From: Phoronis australis
Taxonomy: Eukaryota; Animalia; Phoronida
Length of the DNA: 64,000 bases
Reading direction: 5' to 3'
Assembly: GCA_002633005.1 (NCBI GenBank)
Contig: NMRA01000720.1
Span: 62,001 to 126,000, forward strand
Shown here: positions 47,801 to 57,757 of the stretch, in pieces
Position numbering within the stretch: position 1 is the stretch's first letter
How the letters are laid out: each line of letters opens with the position of its first letter
Translations under genes and position numbers: made by a program
Notes under the pieces: model-generated
The model's database searches: none
Seen by the model: only the letters and a program-made list of their open reading frames with translations
What the model was told of the DNA's origin: nothing

Positions 47801-50800
47801 TAGACCTTGTGTTGGGTTGGCATTGACTTGAGTTGTGGCTGGAGAGACCGTTAGTACATAGTGACTTTGAAATTGACCCTAGTGATTGGTTGGGTTATTT
47901 AACATCAGTGACATATTAAGGGGAAAAGTATTAGTTTTAAATGTTGTGCACATCTCTGTTTGTTCTAGAAAAGACTTTTATCATGTTTATTACTGTTTCC
48001 TTTCTCTTTATTTATTATGCATTAGAAAGTCGTGACTGGCCCATTAAAAGTCATGTGACGGTCCCATTAAAAGTCATGTGACAGTCCCATTAAAAGTCAT
48101 GTGACGGTCCCATTAAAAGTCATTTGACGGTCCCATTAAAAGTCATGTGAAGGGCCCCTTTACTTCCATTGAACTACTTTAAATTCCTCAGGCATTAGCA
48201 AATTGGACATTGTGTTAGAACAATGTAGGTGACTTGAGCAATGTTTCTCTAGTATAACCATAGATCTGGGTTTTTACTCAAGTCTAACTGTTATATGGTG
48301 ACTGGTCTAGTGACGCCCTTGTTTCTGTTTTGCAGGTTTTGCTCCATGGTGTACTGCGTGATGCGTCTGGTCGAAAGATGAGTAAGTCCTTGGGCAATGT
48401 TATAGATCCCATGGACGTCATACAGGGGAGATCACTACAGGTGGGGAGCATTGCTAGACATAATGTAAACGCACTATTTGTATTAGGTCACATGACCAGT
48501 GTTGACGGAACTGATTGGTAGGGCTTCTTATTGGTAAATTTCTTAAGGAAAGCTTGTGTTTTGAAGTGTTGCTAGGATACTCCCCATTGTCTATTATTGG
48601 ATAGAAATACTCGACATACCTTCAAGAAGCGCCATAACACAGTCATGGAATAATTAAGTTTTGTCAATGTTACTATTTGGTCTGGGCTCCTGTGCAGATT
48701 CACTTCAAAACAATGAAGATAAATTGACAAATTCGCATTGTTATCACACGCATGTTAAGCTGTGGCAAAGTTGAGAACAGCGGATTTCGTTTTAATTGCA
48801 GACAAATCTTCCAGAAGGGTCCTGTTTTTAATGAAATGTGCTAAGCTTTTCGTAACTTGATATGATTTTCAGTTGTCCTACTGTTTGTTAGGTGTAAGTC
48901 AACCAGCATGCAAAACTAGGAACAAACGAGGATGTTTCATGGATACAATTGCCCAGAAATATGCAATACTTGTTCTCAATTGATAATTATTTGATCAGAA
49001 CTAACTGTGTGTCAACTCTTAGTATATTCACCAACTTTGCATTTGGTAGGCTCTAAGTCATGTGTTTGAGCTTCAAATGAACAGTTTTGTAAACTTACAA
49101 GTTTTTGTGGTATAAATTACCAAGTGGTGAAATTGGAACAAGTCACACTTCAGTAGTCACAACACTTACTAATAGGTACATTCCTTTATGAGTCAGTGTC
49201 AAACTACGTATTGTAGTCTGGCTTAATTAGCAAAGGCATTGTTAAGACTAGTCTCTCTATTGACGGCTCTAATTAACTTAGTATTGAATATGCTCTCTTG
49301 AGTTTTGTCTATCTTATTAAAATATAGTGAATTCATGAAGTTATATGCTCTTTCAATGAACTTTGCCTTGTGAACTTTGTTTTCCTCCAGGAACTGAATG
49401 ATCGGCTGGACCAGAGTAACCTTGACCCCAGTGAAGTGTCAGTGGCCAAGTCAGGTCAACAGAGAGACTTCCCACTGGGCATTCCAGAGTGTGGTACAGA
49501 TGCACTAAGGTTCACACTGTGTTCGTATAATTTTAAAGGTGTGTAACATTTCAAAGTGGCAAAAGAATAAAATGTTAGAAGATTATTCATTGTCTATTTC
49601 TCGTTCTTATGTCATTTTAATTATTTAATTCAAACAATTACATAATTTCATGTTATTTAGCTCGGATGTTTATATTTTTATTGTAGTCAAACTTATTAAT
49701 AAGTTACTGTTGTATTTTTTGGTATCATACGAATATCATTTGAATATCATTTAAATATCATTAGCCTCATGTAACCAATCACATGTCAATGTGTACTTCA
49801 GCTCACTTCATCAATATGGACGTCTCTCATGTCAGCAGTAACAGAAGGTTCTGTAACAAAATATGGCAAACATTTCGATTTACCATCAAACATCTTGGAG
49901 AGAATTACCAGCCAGGAAACAGACTGGAGGTAAATTGAACGAGTGCTTATCCATTGGAATATTGAGAAGTAACTTATCAGGAGATTTTTTGATATTGATC
50001 ACTCTTTGTGCTTCATATTATGTTTTCTTGTTTTCAATTTTTGTAGACGCAACCTCCTGAGGGTGTAATTAACAAGTGGATTATGGGTAGGTTAGTCTCC
50101 ATGTTGGATCAGTGTGGCAGACACTTCAGAGCATATGACCTTCACCTTGCCACAAAGGCATTACATAACTTCTGGTATGCAGAACTTTGTGATGTGTACT
50201 TGGTAAGTTCTTATGACTGCAGTAGTTTCCTAATTTATGGCTTTAGTCAATGCATTTTGTGACATAGTAAATATGGTAAGAAGGCGCTTGATGTTTTTGT
50301 TTTCTAACAAGATTGTACGGACATTAAGTATTTTTTTAATATTGGTTTATATTCCAATCTGTTGTGATATTAAATGATTTAGCAATGAAATACTTCACTG
50401 GTTTCATCACCAACTTAGCAACCAACTCTGATATATTTTCCGGAAATTACCCTCCCCCCAACATAAAACCCCTGTGGACACTCATTTGGCAAAAAGACCT
50501 TTTTTCAAGTCTGGCACAAGATACATGTAATATAATGGAAAATGGGGCAAGATGTCATTACTTCCTCAACACGTGTTGTTGAAAGGACAATTGAAATTAG
50601 TTCATGTTGTTATGCTGCTCCTTACTTGGATTAACGTTTCCATGAGTTTTTGGGGAGATCTTTCCGGAATCCATGTTGTTCATAAGCACATGATTGGTCG
50701 CACAGGAAGATAATTCCAAATATGACAATCGCAGCAACTATTACTCAAACTAACTGACCACCCACAGCTGGTGCCCGTGTTGTATATCAACAAAAGTGCA

Positions 50801-53800
50801 ATCTGATCAGATATAAAATGCCCTCCTTAGGAGTGCGTCAAACCAGTGCTGTCCTCTGGTGACCAAGCTGCTATCGCCGAGTCACGCGACGTTCTCTACA
50901 CGTGTGTTCATACAGCTTTGAAGGCTAGTCATCCTTTTATGCCTTACATCACTGAAGAGCTCTTCCAGGTAAGATTGATCACAACAGGGTAATGTCTAAA
51001 GGTCTGATATCGTTTCGAGTAAAATATTGCATTTTTGGACATTATAGTTGCAAAAGTTATTCATTTTTTCTGAACTAATAGTCTTTTCTACATTACCATT
51101 GTTTTCTAGAGACTCCCGAGATCTCCATCTGACTCTCAGCCCAGTATATGTGTTAGTCAGTATCCCACAAGGTCTCCTCATATGTTGACCTTTGATGACC
51201 TTCATGATCACATGACCTCGGTACTAGGCATTGTCAGCAGTATACTGAGTGTGAAGAAGGACCTGAACATTGGCAAGTTGCCAATTCCTGGTGAGTGAAG
51301 CTGAATAGGACAGTATAATTGTTGTCTCAGTCTGCTGATTGTGATGGGTTTGTATGGAAGAATGTTTCAATTTATTTATTCAAACTACTACTAATCAGTA
51401 TGAGCGGCGCAGCACTGAAAAAGGTGGGGTGCTATAGCCCCGCCAGCCCCCTATGGTGCACCGCCCATGATCCAGCCCACAGTTTCTCATTCATTTCAAC
51501 ATGATTGTTTTGGAATTGGATTCACTTGACCTTTGACCTCATTGCCCATTTGTGTTTTAGTGTACGTATCCAACACAGGATTGGCTGGATTTGACATCAA
51601 TGACTTCCAGTCTGTGATACAGAGTCTAGCCCGCTCAGGCCAGGTAAACTTGATGTGGAGAAATGCATTTAATTATAACACAGGAATTGGGAAACTTTCA
51701 CTAGGGGCTGGGGTCTAATCTCTGTACTTGAAATCAAATTATTTTAGACATTTTCCATTATTACTTTTGAGCAAATTCAAGATAAGTTTCTATTGGTCTG
51801 CTTCATCACGCTAGGTTCATGCATATGGATTTCAGTTAAGTTTGTACTTCATGATCCCAAGATTCAATCTACAAATTTTAAAAACTGAAATTTTTAGTAA
51901 AACCTAATCTCTACTTGAGACTTATAGTTTACCTTATCGTTAATGCTAGTTTCACCAAGTGCACACTAGGAGTAAACAGTTGTCCATGTACTCCAGCACA
52001 TAATAATAGGTCTACGCTAATCTCAAGTTTTCTCAAAAGTAGAATAAAAAGTAATAAAAATGATTTTAAGTTTGATTTTGTGTAACATGATTAGACAACG
52101 GGCCGTGGTCACATGCATGGGGTGAGGTGTCCTGCCACCTGCAGGCACATCAAGGAATATGTGAGTTTCATTCCCAGTTTGTGAGTGTTGGGTTGTATGA
52201 CTTGTTTATCTTGAGTTCTACTTGGCCATTCATGGCTTGATTACCCTTTGAAGTTATTTGCAGGCACCAGAGTCATCATCAATTTTGTATGGAGTTTTAC
52301 TTCTGTGTAATTTCTAGCCTAGTAAGACATCTATTGTCAAGATATGAAATTAAAAATGTTCACCTTTGCTTTGCTGTGTAAAGTAAATGAATAATTATGA
52401 CTTACTCACATGTGCCTTAAGTTTACATCTATGCTTCATTAGGTGATGGTTAACCAGCCACCTCCACTAGAGGGCGTGTTTGCATTTCCTGTGCATGACA
52501 GTCATGGTGCACCTACATTTCAAGTTGCTCTGCAGCTTAAGGTGGGTAACTAGATTGCTTTACTGATTCAGTATCATGTTATTTTTTGCATGTTTGATAA
52601 AAATCATATAGATTCCTTAACGCAGAGTTGACTGGGATTTCTGTAACATACACTTTGCATGTTTTGCACATTATGTAAACTGGGTCAACATGCAATATTG
52701 TTTTCTTTAATTTTAGGTGTTTTAGATGGTCAAAATATCTGATGTTTATCACCATTCAACCGACTTCTCTCATAGTAGCTTACAACAAAGTTAGTCTTCC
52801 CTCTTATCGCTGGAAGAATCAGGTTCTGAAAGAGCTCCAACCAAACAAAACAACTGTGTTACTTCTCATTTCTCAGAGGATTTTTTGTATGACCCAAGTG
52901 CTCATGAATAATGAAACATGGCATTGTAGGGAACAGTGGACCTTCACCAGATGTGCAACGACCTTGACATCAGGTGTCGGAAATTTGACGAAAGTTTGAC
53001 CAAAATGGTCGAGAAGATGACGCGCATAGAGCAAGACACGTCACGAGCTCTGCTGGAGGAAAAGGTAATGTCTGCCCCCGTACACCGTCAGGGTGGGGCT
53101 TGCAGTTATTGAGGACTATGTGAAAGGGTTTATATTGGGGGGATGGGGAGATGTGGTTAGGTTTGGTATGTTTACTGAAAATTATGACTTTTTGTTGGAA
53201 ACTCTGCAAATAGTCTTTCCTGTGTCTTTTCTACAAATGGGAACTTTTCCTTACAGCACAACTCCCTCTAGTGGTGTATGCAACTATGATAGTGGAACAT
53301 TCGCAGAAGGTTCATATTGACGTCCAAGTTATTTGCTTGTAAAACTCAGAATCAGCATATAAATGTTTATCCCACGCGCGTTGAATCTGTCGAGGGAAAT
53401 ACGGCCATGTAATAAAGTTTTCCGTATTCACCTCCCGCACTACTTCAACAGCGACCCCTGACATGGAAAGTTGAAAAAGTAGGTCAATGTCGACATGACG
53501 TCTTCAGCCGGTTCAATCATCAAACTTTCCAAATATAGTTTAAAGTAATACAGTTTCTGCAGTGTAAGTAACGCTCAACAGCAACCAGGCCCTAAACGTA
53601 AAATCTGGAACAAAACTGTTAGTTATAACTTCCCACTTAGCCTGTGTCTCAGTTTTCAATTGCTGAATACTATATCGTCTGCAACTCAGGCGCCTATTCC
53701 TAGGAAATTAAAATATCAAATGTTTTTGACTATTTTCAAGAGATGTTAAAGTTCACTGCACAGTTGCCATTGTTTTCATCTTTGTTACCTCTTCTCAAGA

Positions 53801-54176
53801 AATAAATCATTACTTTTGAAACTGTTTCTTTTACAAGAGAAAACTTGCAACCTCAGGTACATACACGTAGGATGTAATCTGCCATGTGAACAGTCCGGGT
53901 GAAAAATCTGCCAAAAATGTATAAGAAACTTAGGGATTCGTAGCGCATGGGATAAATACAAAATGTTCCTCGATTGGCGTACAGGAAATAATATCCCTCT
54001 CGACCTTATTCCACGTATTGACCCGCGGAATAATGTCTCGTGGGATATTACTTCATGTACACCACTCTCGGTAAGTTTTCTGTAACTATATCTTAGTGAT
54101 TTTGCAGATAACTAAGGCCAACAAAGAAAGACAGAGAATACAGAAACTTAGGGTGTCAATCCACGAACTGTTATGA
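8867..54176 (+). CDS. VARS2: Valine--tRNA ligase, probably mitochondrial (class Ia aaRS), 25 coding exons, 1073 aa
   Basis: Exons: 8867-9163, 20710-20764, 22116-22216, 22773-22882, 25170-25334, 27097-27178, 27950-28069, 28255-28543, 29093-29217, 29597-29700, 30125-30206, 30656-30732, 31900-32075, 32688-32758, 33532-33657, 48336-48440, 49391-49538, 49802-49929, 50047-50202, 50831-50968, 51110-51290, 51561-51643, 52443-52541, 52930-53064, 54108-54176. All introns are GT-AG, phases are consistent, and the total is 3222 nt. Motifs: [13 protein letters not shown] (HIGH), [13 protein letters not shown]1 editing [11 protein letters not shown] and [59 protein letters not shown]. The mitochondrial call is inferred from the lack of an N-terminal GST-like domain and a presequence-like WRCLSS. 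The start ATG is the least certain part. Confidence 0.92.
9573..10112 (-). mobile_element. TRIM (non-autonomous mini LTR retrotransposon) with tRNA-like LTRs, resembling the Helenus type
   Basis: Two 152-bp TG...CA direct repeats at 9573-9724 and 9961-10112 differ at 9 positions by manual count. On the - strand the PBS TGGCGTAGTTGGCA (9958-9945) starts 2 nt after the 5' LTR, and the PPT AGGGAAGGGGGGAA (9738-9725) abuts the 3' LTR. Flanks are ATGG/TTGG (3/4 TSD match). The 236-bp interior has no recognisable retroviral coding motif. Confidence 0.9.
12345..12405. repeat. Short palindrome/hairpin
   Basis: CTATAGGTGTCGCCCT ... AGGGCGACACCTATAG, perfect 16-bp arms. Confidence 0.7.
12649..12720. 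repeat. 19-bp tandem repeat, about 4 copies
   Basis: TCGTTATTTACAGTAAAGC repeated. Confidence 0.85.
13810..19241 (-). CDS. Secreted CTHRC1-like protein (signal peptide, coiled coil, CTHRC1 C-terminal domain, no collagen repeat), 6 exons, about 315 aa, nested in VARS2 intron 1
   Basis: Exons 19241-19029, 18478-18187, 16347-16274, 15521-15467, 15105-14947 and 13964-13810 are GT-AG and in phase. The C-terminal part reads [72 protein letters not shown]...[22 protein letters not shown]...[18 protein letters not shown]. This aligns with the CTHRC1 motifs KQC.W, K...SALRV.FSG, C.RW.FTFNG.EC..P.PI, GLC.G...G.V and SRIIIEELP. Confidence 0.88.
16810..16935. repeat. 57-bp imperfect inverted repeat flanking an assembly N (MITE ends with a probably collapsed interior)
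   Basis: 16810-16866 matches the reverse complement of 16879-16935; N at 16873. Confidence 0.7.
23060..24115 (-). mobile_element. Decayed 3' fragment of an RNase H-encoding non-LTR retrotransposon (LINE)
   Basis: Frameshifted pieces on - give [18 protein letters not shown] / [14 protein letters not shown] / [11 protein letters not shown] / INERAD. These are the DEDD-type RNase H motifs (TDGS, E..AI, TDS changed to TNS, NE.AD) of RNase H-bearing LINEs. Boundaries are approximate. Confidence 0.75.
24746..24983 (+). mobile_element. tRNA-derived SINE, copy 2 (more degenerate)
   Basis: GGAGGCACTGTGGCCTAGTGGGATAA...GGGTTTGAGTCCCACT...CCCTTGAGTCAGGTCTCTAGCTTTTCAGCTCGGTTTTAA is colinear with the reverse complement of 5235-5469. 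Confidence 0.65.
25779..25919. mobile_element. Hairpin MITE-like element
   Basis: CGTTCAGTAACGCTAGGACCTAGC ... GCTAGGTCCTAGC..CGTCTACTGAACG form inverted arms. Confidence 0.5.
26331..26478. repeat. 16-bp minisatellite, about 9 copies
   Basis: AGCGATCATTTTTACT repeated. Confidence 0.9.
28891..28982. repeat. 16-bp minisatellite, about 6 copies
   Basis: GGGAATTGTGAGATTT repeated. Confidence 0.9.
29633..29885 (+). repeat. Tandem duplication of the 3' end and donor of VARS2 exon 10
   Basis: 29633-29743 is repeated at 29775-29885 (offset 142), including CTGCAG|GTATGT. Confidence 0.85.
30848..30997. mobile_element. Small MITE (CAGTGGCGGAT...ATCTGCCACTG termini)
   Basis: 11-bp near-perfect TIRs and a GC-rich interior. 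A similar GC-rich insert lies near 10208-10367. No clean TSD. Confidence 0.5.
33846..34246. mobile_element. Fold-back MITE, PIF/Harbinger-like
   Basis: Imperfect terminal inverted repeats of about 130 bp (GGCCCGGACTCTAATCTT... / ...AAGATTAGAGACCGGGCC), with the 3-bp direct repeat TTG on both sides. Confidence 0.75.
35356..42538 (-). CDS. Ankyrin-repeat protein (about 8 full repeats plus caps) with a roughly 170-aa helical/coiled-coil C-terminal domain, 5 coding exons, about 514 aa, nested in VARS2 intron 15
   Basis: Exons 42538-42212, 38890-38736, 37665-37370, 36450-36196 and 35867-35356 join in phase with GT-AG ends. Repeated G.TPLH.A/G.TAL..A...G....V..LL..GAD.N motifs are present ([72 protein letters not shown]). 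Confidence 0.9.
36596..36935. repeat. Polypyrimidine/polypurine low-complexity tract
   Basis: Degenerate CTCCCTCTCCCTGACT units, almost all C/T on +. Confidence 0.85.
38815..39572. repeat. Local duplication around an N (probable haplotype overlap at a contig join)
   Basis: 38815-39148 recurs at 39150-39572 with a few SNPs and an indel of roughly 90 bp. The N at 39149 sits exactly at the junction. Confidence 0.8.
39939..40139. repeat. 34-bp minisatellite, about 6 copies
   Basis: TATCACTATACAGTGTGTTTGAACCGTCCCTGCA repeated. Confidence 0.9.
41705..41878. repeat. About 43-bp minisatellite, 4 copies
   Basis: GATGCAC(T)GGAGGCCAACCTCTGGAAAGTGGGCCCTGTGTTCAA repeated. Confidence 0.85.
42525..42714. 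repeat. 47-bp tandem repeat, 4 copies, spanning the acceptor and start codon of the ankyrin gene
   Basis: GACATAGTTCTAGAAGTGAAAGCTTGATATGAGGG(A/T)GGTCATAATGT units start at 42534, 42581, 42628 and 42675. Confidence 0.9.
46570..47052. repeat. About 47-bp minisatellite, about 10 copies
   Basis: TGTCTGACTGTCTCAGTTCAATGACTTGATGTATTGTTTATGGACAC variants, degrading leftwards. Confidence 0.9.
48040..48150. repeat. 23-bp minisatellite, about 5 copies
   Basis: CCCATTAAAAGTCATGTGACGGT repeated. Confidence 0.9.
51704..52104. mobile_element. Degenerate second copy of the 33846-34246 MITE family
   Basis: GGGGCTGGGGTCTAATCTCTGTACTTGAAA...TTTTGAGCAAATTCAAGATAAGTTTCTATT...ATTAGACAACGGGCC parallels the first copy and has similar length. 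Confidence 0.55.
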
Positions 54177-55007
54177 CGACTGTTAGTACTACCTGAGGCA
54201 GAGTGCATGTTCCCAGTCCAGCCAATAGAGGGCTCTTCAGACAACGTCCAGAAGATGGCGCCTTCACGTAAAGTGCTGTTTGGTGATGATGATGTCCAGT
54301 CAACATATCCTTGTAGTATCAGATGACTACTTTTGCAAGAAGCTCATTGTGCATTAAACAGACTGGCAGTCTTGATAATGCAGTGAAGCAGATTGGGTTA
54401 AACAGCGCTTCTAATTTGGTCAAACCGTGTAACGTGCCCATTTCGTGATATTTGCTCACGTGCCGCATTCTGTTCAATAAGTGGACTGCTATACTGACTA
54501 TCACAGTGAGCATTATGGCTGCATAACTGTAATGTCCAGTATGTAGCTGTTAAATCTACATTACTTTATGAATATTGTTTTATGAACAGTGACGTCTGGT
54601 AATGAAAAACCTGTTGGATAATATGAAAATTAAACTTCTGCTAAAAATGATATTGAGTTTCTGAGAGTATGTAACATTAATATCAAGTATGTTTAAGCAG
54701 GCTGAACATCGTTTGTAACTCGCATGTACTCAAGGAGCCGGGGCCAAAACATGAAACACAAAGATTTTCCCTCCCGTGGGTGTGAGGCAATTGTACACAT
54801 TTGGTATCTCTTTCTTGCCAAAGAAGATCACGTACTCTCCCGTGAAATGTGATCTGAGAATAAGCCAGTTATAGAGACTACCTCAACACATTGTTCGCCT
54901 GAGGCACGTCAGTTTGCAAAATGCTGAATTCAAGGGTGTCATCACCCTGTAAAACAAATGGCCTGTCAGTTATCGTAGCACACAACTTAATAGTGACAGC
55001 TTGGGTT

Positions 55008-55382
55008 GACTGGTAAACATGCCTTTATTAACATACATTATGTTCATGTGACGGGTAAGCATGTCTGTATTAACATGCATTATGTTGATGTGACTGGTAA
55101 GCATGCCTTTATTAACATACATTATGTTGATGTGACTGGTAAGCATGCCTTTATTAACATACATTATGTTCATGTGACTGGTAAGCATGCCTTTATTAAC
55201 ATACATGTACATACGTTGATGTGACTGGTAATCATGCCTTTATGTTATGTTGATGTGACTGGTAAGCATGCTTTTATTAACATACATTATGTTGATGTGA
55301 CTGGTAAGCATGCCTTTATTAACATACACTATGTTGATGTGACGGGTAACCATGTCTTTATTAACATACATTATGTTGATGT
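55008..55382. repeat. 42-bp minisatellite, about 9 copies
   Basis: GACTGGTAAGCATGCCTTTATTAACATACATTATGTTGATGT repeated; it explains the repetitive ORFs in this region. Confidence 0.9.
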
Positions 55383-55700
55383 AAAGCGGAATAAACGCAG
55401 ACTATATCCACCAAAGTAATCCAATAACTCACTTCAACTTAAAATGTCAGATTCGTGACTCACATCAAAACAAGCTCCAAAACAATAAAACCAATGCCAT
55501 GTAGACTCGTGTTAACTGTTTGATATAAACAATTTAATAAAAGCTGAGAATACCACCTCCCGCAGTTCAACAGTATATACACTAGACATTCCCATTCAAC
55601 AACACTAGGTGTCGCTGTGCGTAGAGAATTGACCGAAATTTTAACCAAAACATTTTCCAGCACCAAGGACATACCATACTAAATACCTACTTGTTTTTAA

Positions 55701-56241
55701 CCCTTATCCTGCACTAGGCGTACTCAGTGAAATATGATAAGCTGCAGCTGGGCTGCGCTAGGAGGATGCACTCACCCCACCACACTTGTGATTTTCATTC
55801 ACAAATTGTGAGAGCCCTGGATGTTGTTTAGATATGTGAGTATGCGTATTCCATAGATCACAGTTTCCTCTACATTTCTCTATTGTTGTGATTACTAGTG
55901 TGGGAGATATTGGCAGCTATGTGTAAGTGTAGACACATAGTTTCATTATATGGCTGGAGCTAGACATGAGAGGATGACAGTGGATCACTTTACTTTCACT
56001 AAGGCTATGATGAAGATTTACGTATGGTGAAAATCTCCATTAAATTTAGACATCTTTTATGTTGGCTTCTTTTCTGTGAAATTAACATTTCCCCTTCAAA
56101 TTTACAATTTAAAACTGTTAGGTCATTACTCTGGGTGACCTACATAACGGCTTAGTGTACAGCAGTAGTGATGACCTACATGTACTCAGCTCAGCACACA
56201 GGAAAGAAAGTTGTCTGAATAGAGGGTCAGCAGGATAAGGG
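55701..56241. mobile_element. piggyBac-like non-autonomous DNA transposon
   Basis: TTAA-CCCTTATCCTGC ... GCAGGATAAGGG-TTAA: a perfect 12-bp TIR beginning CCC, with a TTAA target-site duplication. Confidence 0.8.
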
Positions 56242-57757
56242 TTAAAGGAACATACCTTAATTGCCAACACTCTCTATTCAAAGGCTGACAACCTTGATTC
56301 AAATCAAAATAACACTACTGATTTATCACAACTTTTTTTCATCTAGCTCTCCATGTATCTACTAGGTCATTAGACTAACACATGGGAAATTTTGTGCATT
56401 TGAATATGAGAGCATGAAATGTCAAAAATTCTAACAGACAAACTACAAACAATAATCTTAACTGCACACAATGCAACTGTGTTACATAAAGAAAGTGTTT
56501 TCAAGATTATGCCCACTGCTTAGTATTACAGAAAATAAAGCCCTGAGATTAATAACTAAAAGTTAGAAAAATGCTAAATTCTCAATCTAAGTAACCAACA
56601 CCAGTACTCTTCGTCACTATCAAAGAAGTAGAAATAAGATCAAGGATTCTAGAAATACAGTTTTGTCTGGTCTGCCATTATGAACACCTGACCACATTTT
56701 CATTTTAAAGTTTTCATACAATTCGACATTGCTCTTTTCATATAAAGACAAGTGTTTTATCACCCAACAAACACAACTTTACGACGTTTCAAGATTTACT
56801 TTGCAATTTAGTTTTAAGCCAACCTAATGTTCTTGTAAATGTAATGTCATACTTTCTAACGTAACACCTAGTCAGTCCACTTATAAAAGCAGCTTTCATA
56901 TTTCGGGCTTGGCTATTCACTAGTTCATATGGGGTAATAAAGCAATTATCTTCTTAGCCAGGACACATCCTACATGTAAGTAAAGCAAGGATTAGTAACA
57001 CAATCTAACTGAGAGTTGCATGACTAAGAACAGAGTCCACAAAGAACTGCTTTCACTGACCTTGACCTTGCACCTCTATTTTCAGAGTCCTAATCTTTCT
57101 TTCAGGAAACATTTCACAAGTTGTTCCAGAGTTTTGATAAATGGATAGTGGGTGTAACTGGACTACTTGACTGATAACTTCAGGAAAAAATACACATAAC
57201 CCAGAGTACTCCTTACCACATCCAAAACAAGGCATGACCATTTTAATATAACAAAACCAACACTAAAGTTCCTCAGGTCACTTCACCCACCATTATTCAA
57301 TGTTCTTGCTGCAGTCTATGTTTATATATTTATATATATAGAACATACAGCATTCGCACTGAGTAAGAGCCTCAACTGGAAGGAGGGAACAGTATCCAAA
57401 TTCAGAGATTTTTTTACAAGTTACAGAAACATTCAGGTGTGCTCTATTACAGTAGTAACACGCGAAACATTTGTAGTGAGAAATCTTGACATATAGAACA
57501 GAAATAGAATGAGTTCACATTCACCTTTCTCCCGTAATTCAGCATTCCAGGCTTGTCATTCAATCAAAGGAGTGGAGGCCATTTTGGATATTTGTAACGG
57601 AGATAACTTGGGAAACAAACTTTCATCGCAATATCGTGTCAAACCACGTCAAGCAGAGCAAACCTCAGTCTGAATGGAATCTGTGATGATGAGCGGCCCT
57701 GTGGTCCTTGAAGGTACACCATAGCGCCCTGTACAGGGGACTGTTAGGCAGCATCTA

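Noticed and set aside
55008-55382. Repeat arrays resembling CRISPR or repeat-protein ORFs (also 26331, 39939, 46570, 61977)
   Set aside because: The units are head-to-tail with no unique spacers, there are no cas genes, and the context is eukaryotic intronic or intergenic DNA. The ORFs arise from unit lengths divisible by 3.
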